From assembly GCA_028716245.1 (NCBI GenBank), contig JAQUQW010000002.1:357346-421345 (forward strand): a DNA stretch of 64,000 bases, written 5' to 3'. This stretch comes from Candidatus Omnitrophota bacterium (GTDB lineage: Bacteria; Omnitrophota; Gorgyraeia; Gygaellales; Profunditerraquicolaceae). Made by a program: the position numbers and the translations under genes. The notes under the pieces are model-generated. The model did no database searches. It was not told where the DNA came from and saw only the letters and a list, made by a program, of their open reading frames with translations. Shown here in pieces: positions 19,013-28,206 of this stretch (within the stretch, counting starts at the first letter, position 1; each line of letters starts with the position of its first letter).

Positions 19013-19715
19013 CGGGCGCGGGGCGGATAAAATCAGAAAAGTCAACATTACCAGAAATTATATTAAATTTCCGGAAGGATCCTGTTTAATCGAATTAGGG
19101 AATACCAAAGTAATTTGCACCGCGTCCGTTGAAGAGATTGTTCCGCCTTTTTTAAGGGGCTCAGGCACCGGCTGGGTTACTGCGGAATATGGCATGCTTC
19201 CCCGTTCCTGCGGAACGCGTATTCCGCGCGGAAAAGATTCCGGCCGCACTTATGAAATTCAGCGTCTGATCGGTAGATCGCTTCGGGCAGTTACGGAGAT
19301 GAAATATTTGGGTGAGCGCACCATTTGGATTGACTGCGATGTCATTCAGGGCGACGGAGGCACGCGCACTGCTTCGATTACCGGCAGTTTTATCGCTTTA
19401 GTCGATGCTTTGCAAAAACTTAAAAAAGACGGCAAGATTACCCGGGTTCCGATTCAGGATTATGTTGCCGCTACCAGCGTGGGAATTTTAAACGATAACC
19501 TGCTTTTAGATTTATGTTACGAGGAGGATTCCAAGGCGGAAGTGGATATGAATGTGATTATGACCGGTGCGGGTGAATTTATCGAGATCCAGGGTAATGC
19601 CGAACGCAAGCCTTTTTCTAAAGATAAAATGGATAGCATGCTGGATTTTGCCAGGAAAGGTATCGAGGAGCTTTTTAGCATCCAAAGAAAATTAGTCGGG
19701 GATATCTTAGCATAA
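18999..19715 (+). CDS. rph: ribonuclease PH
   Basis: [14 protein letters not shown]...[22 protein letters not shown] is canonical RNase PH; GGAGG RBS 9 nt upstream of ATG 18999. Confidence 0.85.
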   Translation: MMRIDGRGADKIRKVNITRNYIKFPEGSCLIELGNTKVICTASVEEIVPPFLRGSGTGWVTAEYGMLPRSCGTRIPRGKDSGRTYEIQRLIGRSLRAVTEMKYLGERTIWIDCDVIQGDGGTRTASITGSFIALVDALQKLKKDGKITRVPIQDYVAATSVGILNDNLLLDLCYEEDSKAEVDMNVIMTGAGEFIEIQGNAERKPFSKDKMDSMLDFARKGIEELFSIQRKLVGDILA

Positions 19716-20332
19716 TGAAGTTAGTAGTTGCCACGCGAAATAGAAAGAAGTTACTTGAAATAAAAGAAATTTTAAAGGGGATGGATTTAACTCTTTTATC
19801 CCTTGATGCCTATAAAAATTCTCCGAAGGTAGTTGAGAATGGCAAGACTTTCAAGGAAAACGCGGTAAAGAAAGCAGTAAAGTTAGCGCGATTTACGGGG
19901 GAGTTTTGTTTGGGCGAAGATTCGGGGTTGTGCGTCGATGCTCTGGATGGGGCTCCGGGGATTTATTCGGCGCGTTTTTCAGGCAGAGACAAAAGCGATA
20001 TTAAGAATAATCTTAAACTTTTAAGATTGCTCAAAGATTTGCCCCTGTTAAAAAGAAAAGCGTATTATGTTTGCGCTGTGGCGCTGGCCGATAAGCGGGG
20101 GCTGGTGGGAGTGGTTGAGGGAAAATGCAACGGTTTGATTGCTTTTGAGGTGAAAGGCAGCGCCGGATTTGGTTATGATCCGGTATTCTATATTCCGAAA
20201 CACAAAAAGACATTTGCCCAGCTTGGGGAAAAAATTAAGCATAAGATGAGCCATCGCTACCATGCTTTAGAGAAGGCCAAGCGGATAATTCAGAAATACA
20301 TTGTTAAGCAAGTAGCGAGTTGTTATAATTGA
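19715..20332 (+). CDS. rdgB: non-canonical purine NTP pyrophosphatase (RdgB/HAM1)
   Basis: [20 protein letters not shown] start and FGYDPVF motif; downstream of rph as in many bacteria. Confidence 0.8.
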   Translation: MKLVVATRNRKKLLEIKEILKGMDLTLLSLDAYKNSPKVVENGKTFKENAVKKAVKLARFTGEFCLGEDSGLCVDALDGAPGIYSARFSGRDKSDIKNNLKLLRLLKDLPLLKRKAYYVCAVALADKRGLVGVVEGKCNGLIAFEVKGSAGFGYDPVFYIPKHKKTFAQLGEKIKHKMSHRYHALEKAKRIIQKYIVKQVASCYN

Positions 20333-20345
20333 AATTTACGTAAAA

Positions 20346-20420
20346 CGGGGCGTGGCTCAGCTTGGCTAGAGCGCCTGCTTTGGGAGCAGGAGGTCACAGG
20401 TTCAAGTCCTGTCGCCCCGA
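20346..20420 (+). tRNA. tRNA-Pro (anticodon TGG)
   Basis: Acceptor CGGGGCG/CGCCCCG, D-arm GCTCAGCTTGGCTAGAGC, anticodon loop TTTGGGA, T-arm ACAGGTTCAAGTCCTGT. Confidence 0.8.
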
Positions 20421-20434
20421 CTTTGAAAATTAAT

Positions 20435-20508
20435 GCGCCTGTAGCTCATATGGATAGAGCATCTGCCTTCTAAGCAGAATGTAGCAGGTCCGATCCCTGC
20501 CAGGCGCA
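20435..20508 (+). tRNA. tRNA-Arg (anticodon TCT)
   Basis: Acceptor GCGCCTG/CAGGCGC, anticodon loop CTTCTAA, T-arm GCAGGTCCGATCCCTGC. Confidence 0.8.
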
Positions 20509-20516
20509 TAAAACTT

Positions 20517-21737
20517 ATGAAAAACTGGAAGAAAATATTCAAAATTATTGCGATTGTAGTTATCTTTTTTACCCTTGCCTACGCCTTTTTTCTGATGGAA
20601 GCTAGGAATGTAATCGCGGCAAAGATTGAGCGGGCATGCGGCCATAAAACCACCATAGGTTCGCTGGATATTAAGCCGCCCCTAAATTTGGAGATAAGAG
20701 ATTTAGCGATCGAAGGTTTGCTGAAAGCCAGCTACATTTATGTATCGCCCAGCATTCCCGGTTTTTTAATCGGCAGGATTGCTCTTAATAAAGTTAAAAT
20801 TGTCAGCCCGCAGCTTACTTATCAGCGCATACCTGCGCCTGTTCCGGCACAGGATAGCGGTGCTCCTGTTGTAGAAACCGTGCCAACTGTTGCGCCTGCG
20901 CCTGAGCCAGCACCAACTGTGGCACCCGCTGCGCAAAACAAAGTTTTACCCATAATCATAAAAAACCTGAAGGTTTATTCCGGTTTGTTAAATTTTATCG
21001 ATTCAACGGCAACCAGCGGAAGCATAAAATTTAAAATCAAGGATATTTACTTTTATGCCACTAATTTGTCCACTGTCAGCACCGACGCGGTAACTAATTT
21101 TGGTTTAAAAGGCAACATCTCCTGGAATACCGGAGAGCCCGACGGAAAACTCCTTGCGCAGGGATGGATAAATTCTCACAAAAAGGATATGCTGGCTACT
21201 TTAAAGATTGAAAATATCGATGCCATTGTTTTCTATCCTTATTACTCAACTTGGGTGGATTTAGGGAAGGCGCGCATCGAAAAAGCAAAGCTAAATTTCA
21301 GCAGCAATATCAAAGGGGTAAATAATGAGGTTGCGGCGGTTTGCCATTTAGAACTAGCCGATATCGTGCGTAAGGTGCGGCTTCCTGAAGAGAAGCAGCA
21401 GAAGGCAGAGCGGCTGACCGACGCGGTGCTGGATATGTTTAAAACGATGAATCAGGGAAAGGTAGTTTTGGATTTTACCCTGCATACAAAAATGAACCAG
21501 CCGGTTTTTGGTTTTGGCGATATAAAATCCGCGTTTGAGGGCAAGCTTATGCAGGGCAGGGCCAGGGCTGGATTGCGGCCTCAGGATATGCTATTATTAC
21601 CGGGTAAAATGCTGCAAAACGGGTTTAAAAGCGGCGTGGATTTCTCCAATGCCGCAATTGACGGGGTATTTGCCGTAGGCAACGGCATAAAGAAATTTTT
21701 TGAAGAGGCTATAAATAAGCCGGCTGCGGCAAATTAG
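20517..21737 (+). CDS. hypothetical membrane-anchored protein with Pro/Ala-rich linker (DUF748/AsmA-like?)
   Basis: N-terminal TM helix, PAPVPA...APAPEPAPTVAPA linker, then beta-rich domain; no motif I can name. Confidence 0.35.
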   Translation: MKNWKKIFKIIAIVVIFFTLAYAFFLMEARNVIAAKIERACGHKTTIGSLDIKPPLNLEIRDLAIEGLLKASYIYVSPSIPGFLIGRIALNKVKIVSPQLTYQRIPAPVPAQDSGAPVVETVPTVAPAPEPAPTVAPAAQNKVLPIIIKNLKVYSGLLNFIDSTATSGSIKFKIKDIYFYATNLSTVSTDAVTNFGLKGNISWNTGEPDGKLLAQGWINSHKKDMLATLKIENIDAIVFYPYYSTWVDLGKARIEKAKLNFSSNIKGVNNEVAAVCHLELADIVRKVRLPEEKQQKAERLTDAVLDMFKTMNQGKVVLDFTLHTKMNQPVFGFGDIKSAFEGKLMQGRARAGLRPQDMLLLPGKMLQNGFKSGVDFSNAAIDGVFAVGNGIKKFFEEAINKPAAAN

Positions 21738-21750
21738 TTTTTTAGATTAT

Positions 21751-21828
21751 GGTGGGTATAGCTCAATTGGTCAGAGCGTTAGACTGTGGCTCTAAAGGTT
21801 GCGGGTTCGATCCCCGTTACCCACCCCA
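21751..21828 (+). tRNA. tRNA-His (anticodon GTG) with encoded G-1 and CCA
   Basis: G-1 plus acceptor GTGGGTA/TACCCAC, discriminator C, anticodon loop CTGTGGC, T-arm GCGGGTTCGATCCCCGT, CCA encoded. Confidence 0.8.
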
Positions 21829-23248
21829 ATTCTAAATGCGCGTTTTCCGCGTGAATTCTAAATGCGGAACTGTAAGAAACAATTAGGGTTTTGTTATACA
21901 GCTTAAGGTTCGATACAATTTTTTGCAAAAAATCCCGCTGGGCGTCGGGATTTGCCTCCGCTGCGATGTAACTGGCTTGGTGAGCAAGAGTTAGGAAGTT
22001 TTTGAAGTGTTCGAGCCAGTCCCCGTTACTGTCACCCTTTTCTGAAATATCGAACTTCCTGTTGATCAATTCGGCTTTCTTCTGCTTATACTCTTCGTCG
22101 GTGATTATACCTTTCAGCGACATATCTAAGAGCCGCTTTAACTGCTCGTCAACCTCTTGCGCTCTCACTTCACCACTAATCCGATTATGAACTTTCTCGG
22201 CTTGAAGGAGCGCCCGCTCTCGTTCTAATTCTTTTATCATCCAGGCGTAGGCGTTGTCATCAAGCGCAACTTTCTTAATGGCCTCTTTGACTTGTTGGGC
22301 GAGATTTTCCCCTCTAATAAAAACGGAGGATTGGGGGCAGGGGTCGCGTTTCTTTGAGCAGTGATAATAGTGATGCCCTTTTTGTCCTTCGGCTGTAATT
22401 TGGCAGCCACACTCCGCACACCTTATAAACCCACGAAATACAAAATAATGTTTTCTCTCGTAAGAAGGTCGGCTCCTGAACCTTAAAATCTCTTGCACCT
22501 TATCAAACAATTCTTTGTTTATTATAGGCGGGTGGCTGCCTTGGAAAATCTCGCCCTTATACACAAAGAGGCCAAGATAGAACTGATTCGTTAATATCCT
22601 GTGGACGTTACTGTACGAGAGCGGGCGCTTGGCTCTCTTGCTCACCAAGCCAGACGCAGTCGCCAATTTTCTTATCTCATCAACCGTATATCTTCCTTCA
22701 GCGCACAAGGCATACAATCTTTGAACCAGAGGGGAGGCGAGAGGGTCAATAGTTATTTTCCCTCTATCGTTTAAGTAGCCGATTGGCGCGAAGGCGGGGT
22801 ATTCGCCAAGCCTTACCTTCTCGCGCAAGCCGCGCTTTGTGTTCTCACTTAGATTATCAACGTAGTACTTACTTTGACCGAAAATAATATTGAGCATAAA
22901 CTTGCCTTGTGCGCTGTTGTCGAAGCGGTAAGTAGGGAAGCGAAGATCAATAATATCCCCGGTATCTACAAGGTAAATTATTTTACCGCCATCTATCGAA
23001 TTGCGCGCAAGTCTATCCGGATGCCAGGTAATGATACCGGACGCCTCGCCTTTCTCAATTCGTTTAATCATTTCGTTAAATATCGGGCGTCCGGGTGATT
23101 TCGCTGTTTTGGCTTCCTGAAACTCTTGTGTTATTACAAGATTTTCTTTCTTTGCGTATTCACGGACTTCGGTCAATTGCGACTGAATAGAGAGGACTTG
23201 TTTATCTTCCGTATCGGTAGACTTGCGCGCATACAGGAAATATTTCAT
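21779..23248 (-). CDS. large serine recombinase (resolvase/invertase catalytic domain, recombinase domain, zinc ribbon)
   Basis: N-terminal YARKSTD...Q motif with catalytic Ser, DRLARN motif, CxxC...HxxC zinc ribbon CAECGC...HHYYHC; C-terminal about 55 codons run through IR-L and antisense of tRNA-His. Confidence 0.8.
   Translation of the reverse strand: MKYFLYARKSTDTEDKQVLSIQSQLTEVREYAKKENLVITQEFQEAKTAKSPGRPIFNEMIKRIEKGEASGIITWHPDRLARNSIDGGKIIYLVDTGDIIDLRFPTYRFDNSAQGKFMLNIIFGQSKYYVDNLSENTKRGLREKVRLGEYPAFAPIGYLNDRGKITIDPLASPLVQRLYALCAEGRYTVDEIRKLATASGLVSKRAKRPLSYSNVHRILTNQFYLGLFVYKGEIFQGSHPPIINKELFDKVQEILRFRSRPSYERKHYFVFRGFIRCAECGCQITAEGQKGHHYYHCSKKRDPCPQSSVFIRGENLAQQVKEAIKKVALDDNAYAWMIKELERERALLQAEKVHNRISGEVRAQEVDEQLKRLLDMSLKGIITDEEYKQKKAELINRKFDISEKGDSNGDWLEHFKNFLTLAHQASYIAAEANPDAQRDFLQKIVSNLKLYNKTLIVSYSSAFRIHAENAHLELGWVTGIEPATFRATV
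21823..21956. repeat. 134-bp inverted repeat, left copy (IR-L); starts inside the tRNA-His 3' end (ACCCCA)
   Basis: Perfect reverse-complement match to 23379-23512, read by eye along the full length. Confidence 0.85.
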
Positions 23249-23378
23249 TTTTGTACCTCCTTAGAAAATTGGCGACTGCGTCTGCCAAGAATTGGCGGAA
23301 CTTACATCGCAGCGGGTCTGCTCAAAGAGCAGACAGTTATAAAATTTTGAGCCCTCGAAAGCTCAAAATTATATAACC

Positions 23379-23512
23379 GGCAAATCCCGACGCCCAGCGG
23401 GATTTTTTGCAAAAAATTGTATCGAACCTTAAGCTGTATAACAAAACCCTAATTGTTTCTTACAGTTCCGCATTTAGAATTCACGCGGAAAACGCGCATT
23501 TAGAATTGGGGT
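23379..23512. repeat. 134-bp inverted repeat, right copy (IR-R)
   Basis: Reverse complement of 21823-21956; outer end TGGGGT is the reverse complement of ACCCCA. Confidence 0.85.
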
Positions 23513-23970
23513 CCTTATATCCGATAGATCGAAAGTATTTTCGTCCCTGAGAAACCCCTAATCCGTTTTTTGTCTCTAATACCGGGGTAAAGCTGGTCTC
23601 TAATGAAACAGCTTAAATGCACCGCGCCCTGGGGGGGCGCTCCCACATTGAGCGGGCAATGGCGCTCGCTGGGCCGCTCGCTTCCAGCTAATTTTAATGC
23701 GTGTGCGGCGCAGCTGTGGCTTGCGCCGGGTGGGGGCGGCGCAAGCCACAGCGTCCTCACCCGACACGTTACTACAAGCTAAAAACAAAATTTTTTAAAG
23801 GTTCGTCCGCTATGCCGCAATTTACGAGTAAAAGCTGGCGGTGCGGCAAGCTGCGCCTCTCCCGATAAACACTTAAAGAAGTGCTGGCAAAAAGGCAAAT
23901 TTTGGTGCGGGCAAAATTTGCCTTTTTGCTCAAAGAACAAGCTAAAATTCAAATGATGCTAGGGGCGGAA
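23507..23970. repeat. about 460-bp inverted repeat, copy A, containing GC-rich hairpins
   Basis: Reverse-complement match to 33813-34276; identical spurious ORFs on both copies; internal hairpins GGCTTGCGCCG...CGGCGCAAGCC and GGCAAATTTTG...CAAAATTTGCC. Confidence 0.85.
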
Positions 23971-24052
23971 ATTGATTTGCAAAGAGCATTTTTAGTGATA
24001 AGATACAATTGAATTGGTTGTTATGAAGTATACTTAATATAGTAGTCTAATC

Positions 24053-24271
24053 GTGGTATATTGTCAAGATAAAATGTTAGAACAAAGACTAAGGCAGCTA
24101 AGAAAGAAAGCGGGTTGGTCTCAGCAGAAGTTAGCCGAGAAAGCCGGCTTATCTTATAATGTGATAACAAAAATCGAACAGGGCGTCGCGAAAAGACCGA
24201 CTATCCAGACGATGATTAAGTTAGCGGATGCTTTTAAAATTAGTATAGATGAATTGATAGGGAGAAATTAA
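24053..24271 (+). CDS. XRE-family HTH regulator (possible R-M controller C protein)
   Basis: 72 aa; HTH_3 motif QQKLAEKAGLSYNVITKIEQG; first gene of the cargo, upstream of MTase/REase genes. Confidence 0.65.
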   Translation: MVYCQDKMLEQRLRQLRKKAGWSQQKLAEKAGLSYNVITKIEQGVAKRPTIQTMIKLADAFKISIDELIGRN

Positions 24272-24272
24272 T

Positions 24273-24301
24273 TGACAGATATGCTTTTCTATGGTTATAA
24301 T
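24273..24301 (+). promoter_or_regulatory. near-consensus sigma70-type promoter (TTGACA-17-TATAAT)
   Basis: TTGACA at 24273-24278, TATAAT at 24296-24301, 17-nt spacer. Confidence 0.5.
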
Positions 24302-24365
24302 AATTCAACAATTAGGTTGCAAAGTGGTATGTTTGAAGGGGGAATCTGCCACGTTAAAATAAATC

Positions 24366-24400
24366 AAACCTTCGCCAAAAGAGGCGAAGGTTTTTTTATT
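24366..24400 (+). terminator. intrinsic terminator (stem AAACCTTCGCC/GGCGAAGGTTT plus T7)
   Basis: Perfect 11-bp stem, 6-nt loop, TTTTTTT tail; about 65 nt downstream of the promoter, 14 nt upstream of the MTase ATG. Confidence 0.55.
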
Positions 24401-24414
24401 TAAGAGAGTATTTT

Positions 24415-25530
24415 ATGTCAATAGCGACGTTATCTCCTGAAACTGACTGGAATTTTACGGATATTAGTTATTCGAAGAATATCTATTCTTTACATCCGTA
24501 TCCTGCTAAATTTATTCCCGATATTCCTAGGGAGCTTATTAAGCAATTAGGCGTTCCTTTGGGCACTGCAATTTTCGATCCTTTTTGTGGCAGTGGAACA
24601 ACTTTAATTGAAGCTCAGAGGAGTGGATTTTGTTCTATCGGAGTTGATTTAAATCCCATAGCCTGTTTAATAAGTAGGGTTAAAACTAGGGATTTACCGA
24701 AGGGATTTTTTGATGTTGCACTTGAAGTTTTTGAGAAAGCAAGGGATACCTATGATATTAAAACAGAAATTAATTTGCCTAATGTTGATCATTGGTTCAA
24801 AAAAGATGTACAAAATGCAATTAATGCAATTCTTAGGGAAATAAACGAAGTTAGAAATAAAATTATTCAGGAAACTTTGAAATTTATTCTTTCAAGTATA
24901 ATTGTTAAAGTGTCTAATCAGGAAAGTGATACTCGTTACGCTTCGATCGAGAAGAATACTTCAGCAGAGTTCGTGTTTCAATCTTTTATAGCAAATAGTC
25001 TTCGTTTTTCAAAAGTAATGGAAAAAGAGGAGACTAAGACGACATGGGCTACAGTTATTAACAAAGATATTTGTGATGTTGCGCCAACAGATTTATCTAT
25101 GCCCATAGGTTTAGTAATTACTTCGCCACCTTATCCCAATGCTTATGAGTATTGGCTTTATCATAAATATCGTATGTTGTGGCTTGGCTATGATCCAATT
25201 GGAGTAAAAAATCGGGAAATAGGCGCAAGGGCACATTTCTTTAAAAAGGACCCTCATACAGCATTTAATTTTAAGAGTGCTTTAAGCAAGACATTTGCTT
25301 TGCTTGAAGAAACAGTAATTTCAGGGGGGCATGTTTGTTTTGTTGTGGGTAGATCAAAAATACACGGGCAGATTATTAATAATGGTTTTATAGTAGAATG
25401 TGTAGCGAAAGATCACGGGTTCTTTTTTCTAGACAAAGTGAAGCGAAACATTGAATCTAGAAGGAAATCTTTTAATTTATCCTATGCAAAGATTAGAACA
25501 GAAGAGATCTTAGTTTTTAAAAGAAGGTAG
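24415..25530 (+). CDS. DNA amino-methyltransferase (N6-adenine or N4-cytosine)
   Basis: SAM motif I DPFCGSGTT and catalytic motif IV TSPPYPN. Confidence 0.8.
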   Translation: MSIATLSPETDWNFTDISYSKNIYSLHPYPAKFIPDIPRELIKQLGVPLGTAIFDPFCGSGTTLIEAQRSGFCSIGVDLNPIACLISRVKTRDLPKGFFDVALEVFEKARDTYDIKTEINLPNVDHWFKKDVQNAINAILREINEVRNKIIQETLKFILSSIIVKVSNQESDTRYASIEKNTSAEFVFQSFIANSLRFSKVMEKEETKTTWATVINKDICDVAPTDLSMPIGLVITSPPYPNAYEYWLYHKYRMLWLGYDPIGVKNREIGARAHFFKKDPHTAFNFKSALSKTFALLEETVISGGHVCFVVGRSKIHGQIINNGFIVECVAKDHGFFFLDKVKRNIESRRKSFNLSYAKIRTEEILVFKRR

Positions 25531-25535
25531 GTATT

Positions 25536-27044
25536 ATGGCGGCAGCTAATATTTATTGGCATGATTATAGATACTTCCCCTACGAAAGAGATATCGCTTA
25601 TAAGGAAGTAGTAGGGCTTTTAGACCCTCCAGAAATTAAAAACAAAAAAGACGGTTTTCAGTTATTAGGTAGATTTAATAATTCGGATATTTCGAAACTT
25701 GTTTACTTTTCGCACTATGAAATCAATAATCAGAAGCATCCTACCTTGCAGTATCTTTTTGAGAAAAAAAACAACGGAAACGGGAAAAAACGACAATCGA
25801 CACGGTACTCTTCACACGATTTACATGAATACAAGGGGAGGTTTAATCCACAAATAGTTCGTTCGATTCTGAACATACTGGGTATCGATAGAAAAGCAAA
25901 GATTCTTGATCCTTTTTGTGGTTGTGGTACGACATTAGTAGAGTGTGCCCATGTGGATATCTCTGCTGTAGGATGTGATATTAATCCATTGGCTATATTT
26001 ATAGCAAACGCAAAAGTTAAAGCGTTAGGTATTAGAACGAGAAAACTTAAAGAAGAAGGAGATGTTGTTTTCGATAAATTTTATTCCGATAGAAGAAGAA
26101 AAGTCGTGAGTAACATGGATGATAGGCTCAGATATTTGTCGCAGTGGTTTCCACCTGATGAACTGAATGATATTGAACTGCTTCGGAAAATTATTTTATC
26201 TCATAGCAGTGTAGGTAAAGAAATTCTGCTTTCTATCGTTAGTAATTTATTAAGAGATTATTCATTGCAAGAGCCAGCAGATTTGAGAATAAGAAGGAGA
26301 AAAAGTCCTTTTCCGGCTGTGGCTTTGATTGATGTTTTCCGAGAAGATTTATATTCTTTTTGTGCAAGTCTGGAGCAAGTGCAAGAAGCCATTGGAGTCA
26401 AAAGATCTAAGAATAAAGCCTACCATTGTGAAGCTCAAGAGATAGGAAAGAGGTTTCGGAGATGGGGCACAGGCTCATTTTTCGATGCAGTAATAACAAG
26501 TCCTCCTTATGCTACTGCATTGCCATATATTGATACGCAAAGATTAAGTTTGATATGGCTCGGTTTGTGTGATGTCAATGATTTGCGGAGATATGAGGCC
26601 AATCTGACAGGTAGCCGTGAATTTATGGGAGCCCAAAAGAAATCTTGTGCTTACGATTTTAATAATAATCTGGCTGATTTGCCTAAGACTCTCTATAGTT
26701 TTTTGTTGAAATTAGAAAATGCAGTCTCTGATGATGATGGATTCCGAAGAAGAGACTTACCTATTTTGCTGTATAGATATTTTTCAAATATGAAAAATAT
26801 TTTTTATTCAGTAGCAAAAGTGGTTAAACCCAAAGGGGCCTTTGTTCTAATTGTCGGACACAATAAAACCTATTTGGGAGGAATGAAATATGATATCAAT
26901 ACACCCGTCTTATTAAAAGAATTAGCACGGGAATCAGGATGGATTATCGATTTTTCCTATCCTTTGCAAACTTACCAACGATATAGTATCCATATGGAAA
27001 ATGCAGTGTCTTCTGAAGACATGATTTGCTTGAGGCGAAAATGA
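25536..27044 (+). CDS. second DNA amino-methyltransferase (N6-adenine or N4-cytosine)
   Basis: DPFCGCGTT and TSPPYATALPY motifs; paralogous to upstream MTase, as in type IIS systems with one MTase per strand. Confidence 0.8.
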   Translation: MAAANIYWHDYRYFPYERDIAYKEVVGLLDPPEIKNKKDGFQLLGRFNNSDISKLVYFSHYEINNQKHPTLQYLFEKKNNGNGKKRQSTRYSSHDLHEYKGRFNPQIVRSILNILGIDRKAKILDPFCGCGTTLVECAHVDISAVGCDINPLAIFIANAKVKALGIRTRKLKEEGDVVFDKFYSDRRRKVVSNMDDRLRYLSQWFPPDELNDIELLRKIILSHSSVGKEILLSIVSNLLRDYSLQEPADLRIRRRKSPFPAVALIDVFREDLYSFCASLEQVQEAIGVKRSKNKAYHCEAQEIGKRFRRWGTGSFFDAVITSPPYATALPYIDTQRLSLIWLGLCDVNDLRRYEANLTGSREFMGAQKKSCAYDFNNNLADLPKTLYSFLLKLENAVSDDDGFRRRDLPILLYRYFSNMKNIFYSVAKVVKPKGAFVLIVGHNKTYLGGMKYDINTPVLLKELARESGWIIDFSYPLQTYQRYSIHMENAVSSEDMICLRRK

Positions 27045-28135
27045 ACGAGTTTGCGTTACATCCTAATGTCTATGCTACTGGTGGACATCCCGGGTTAATT
27101 AGTATGTTAGAAAATATATGGGTGAGGGATCATACTCCTGGAGAGGGGGCGTTTTATCTCGTATCGGGGTTTGCAAATTACAATGGAGGTGTTAGGTTTT
27201 ATGATACTTTTAAGAATCATGTCGACCGCGGTGGTCACATTTATGCATATTTGGGAGGAAGCACTTCACAAAAGCTTACAAGTCAGCAAGTAGTAGAAGC
27301 TCTTTTAGAGTGTGGAGTAGAAGTAAACATAATTAATAGAAAGAGGATTTTGCATGCAAAGCTTTATGGACGAGTTAATTCTTTAGGAGAGCGTTTAGTT
27401 GTTACTTCTGGAAATTTTACTGGCCCTGGAATGTCTCAGAATGTAGAGGGGTCAATTATGTTAGATACCGATACAGTTTCTTCTATGGGGTTTTCATGGA
27501 GAAGTTTAATTGGAGAGATAAATAAGCAAAAATGGGAAATATACAAACCTACACTTCGTAATAGAAGAGCTCCGGCTTGGAATCTGTTGTTTGATGAAAT
27601 TTCGGGTGCGGTTGTTCTTGATGAAACCCAAGAAGTTACAATGGTAATAACTTTAGGCCATAATGATGTAGCGCGAATCCAGGCCTCTCCAGGGAGTAAA
27701 GCTGGGCTTGGGACTCAATATTTCTGGTTAAGTCGTGATTGCTTTGATTTCTTTCCAGCTTTAACAGTTAGAAATCAAAGAGGAGTTAAGACGACTTACT
27801 CAACTTTAATTAAGCTATATTATATAGATTTAAATATTCTAGATAAAAAAACCAGGGTGACTTTTGAAGCTGAGAATAACTTAGATTTTCGCCTTGGTAC
27901 AAGTAGGCTAAGATATACCAAACTAGCTGATGTGGGTGATCTCGCGATTATTTCTAGGGTTGGCGAAGATGAATACGAGTTACGTATAGCGAAGCAGGGT
28001 ACAGAAGAGTATAGAAAATTGTCCCCTTATGCCATTAATTTTATTGGTCATCGCGGTAAAAGATTTGGTTATTTGTCTAATCAAGAGTTTGGCAAATTGC
28101 TGAATTTACACCTTCCTACGAGTTCTTTTGATTAG
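27041..28135 (+). CDS. PLD/Nuc-superfamily nuclease, candidate restriction endonuclease (BfiI-like)
   Basis: Single HxK...N...GSxN-type motif ILHAKLYGRVNSLGERLVVTSGNFTG; ATGA overlap with MTase2; about 365 aa like BfiI. Confidence 0.5.
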   Translation: MNEFALHPNVYATGGHPGLISMLENIWVRDHTPGEGAFYLVSGFANYNGGVRFYDTFKNHVDRGGHIYAYLGGSTSQKLTSQQVVEALLECGVEVNIINRKRILHAKLYGRVNSLGERLVVTSGNFTGPGMSQNVEGSIMLDTDTVSSMGFSWRSLIGEINKQKWEIYKPTLRNRRAPAWNLLFDEISGAVVLDETQEVTMVITLGHNDVARIQASPGSKAGLGTQYFWLSRDCFDFFPALTVRNQRGVKTTYSTLIKLYYIDLNILDKKTRVTFEAENNLDFRLGTSRLRYTKLADVGDLAIISRVGEDEYELRIAKQGTEEYRKLSPYAINFIGHRGKRFGYLSNQEFGKLLNLHLPTSSFD

Positions 28136-28206
28136 TCTTGTAGATCCTTCGCGTTTTACTCCGAATAATCAGATAAGTATAGTTATTATAATTCAATAGA
28201 TTAGGG

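Noticed and set aside
20430-20645. 71-aa minus-strand ORF
   Set aside because: It is antisense to tRNA-Arg(TCT) and to the start of the 20517 gene. There is no RBS, so I call it spurious.
23515-23788. ORFs of 81 and 62 aa inside the 460-bp repeat, duplicated at 33995-34268
   Set aside because: They are identical only because the DNA is an inverted repeat. The sequence is GC-rich hairpin DNA giving low-complexity Pro/Ala/Arg translations, with no RBS. I treat it as non-coding repeat sequence.
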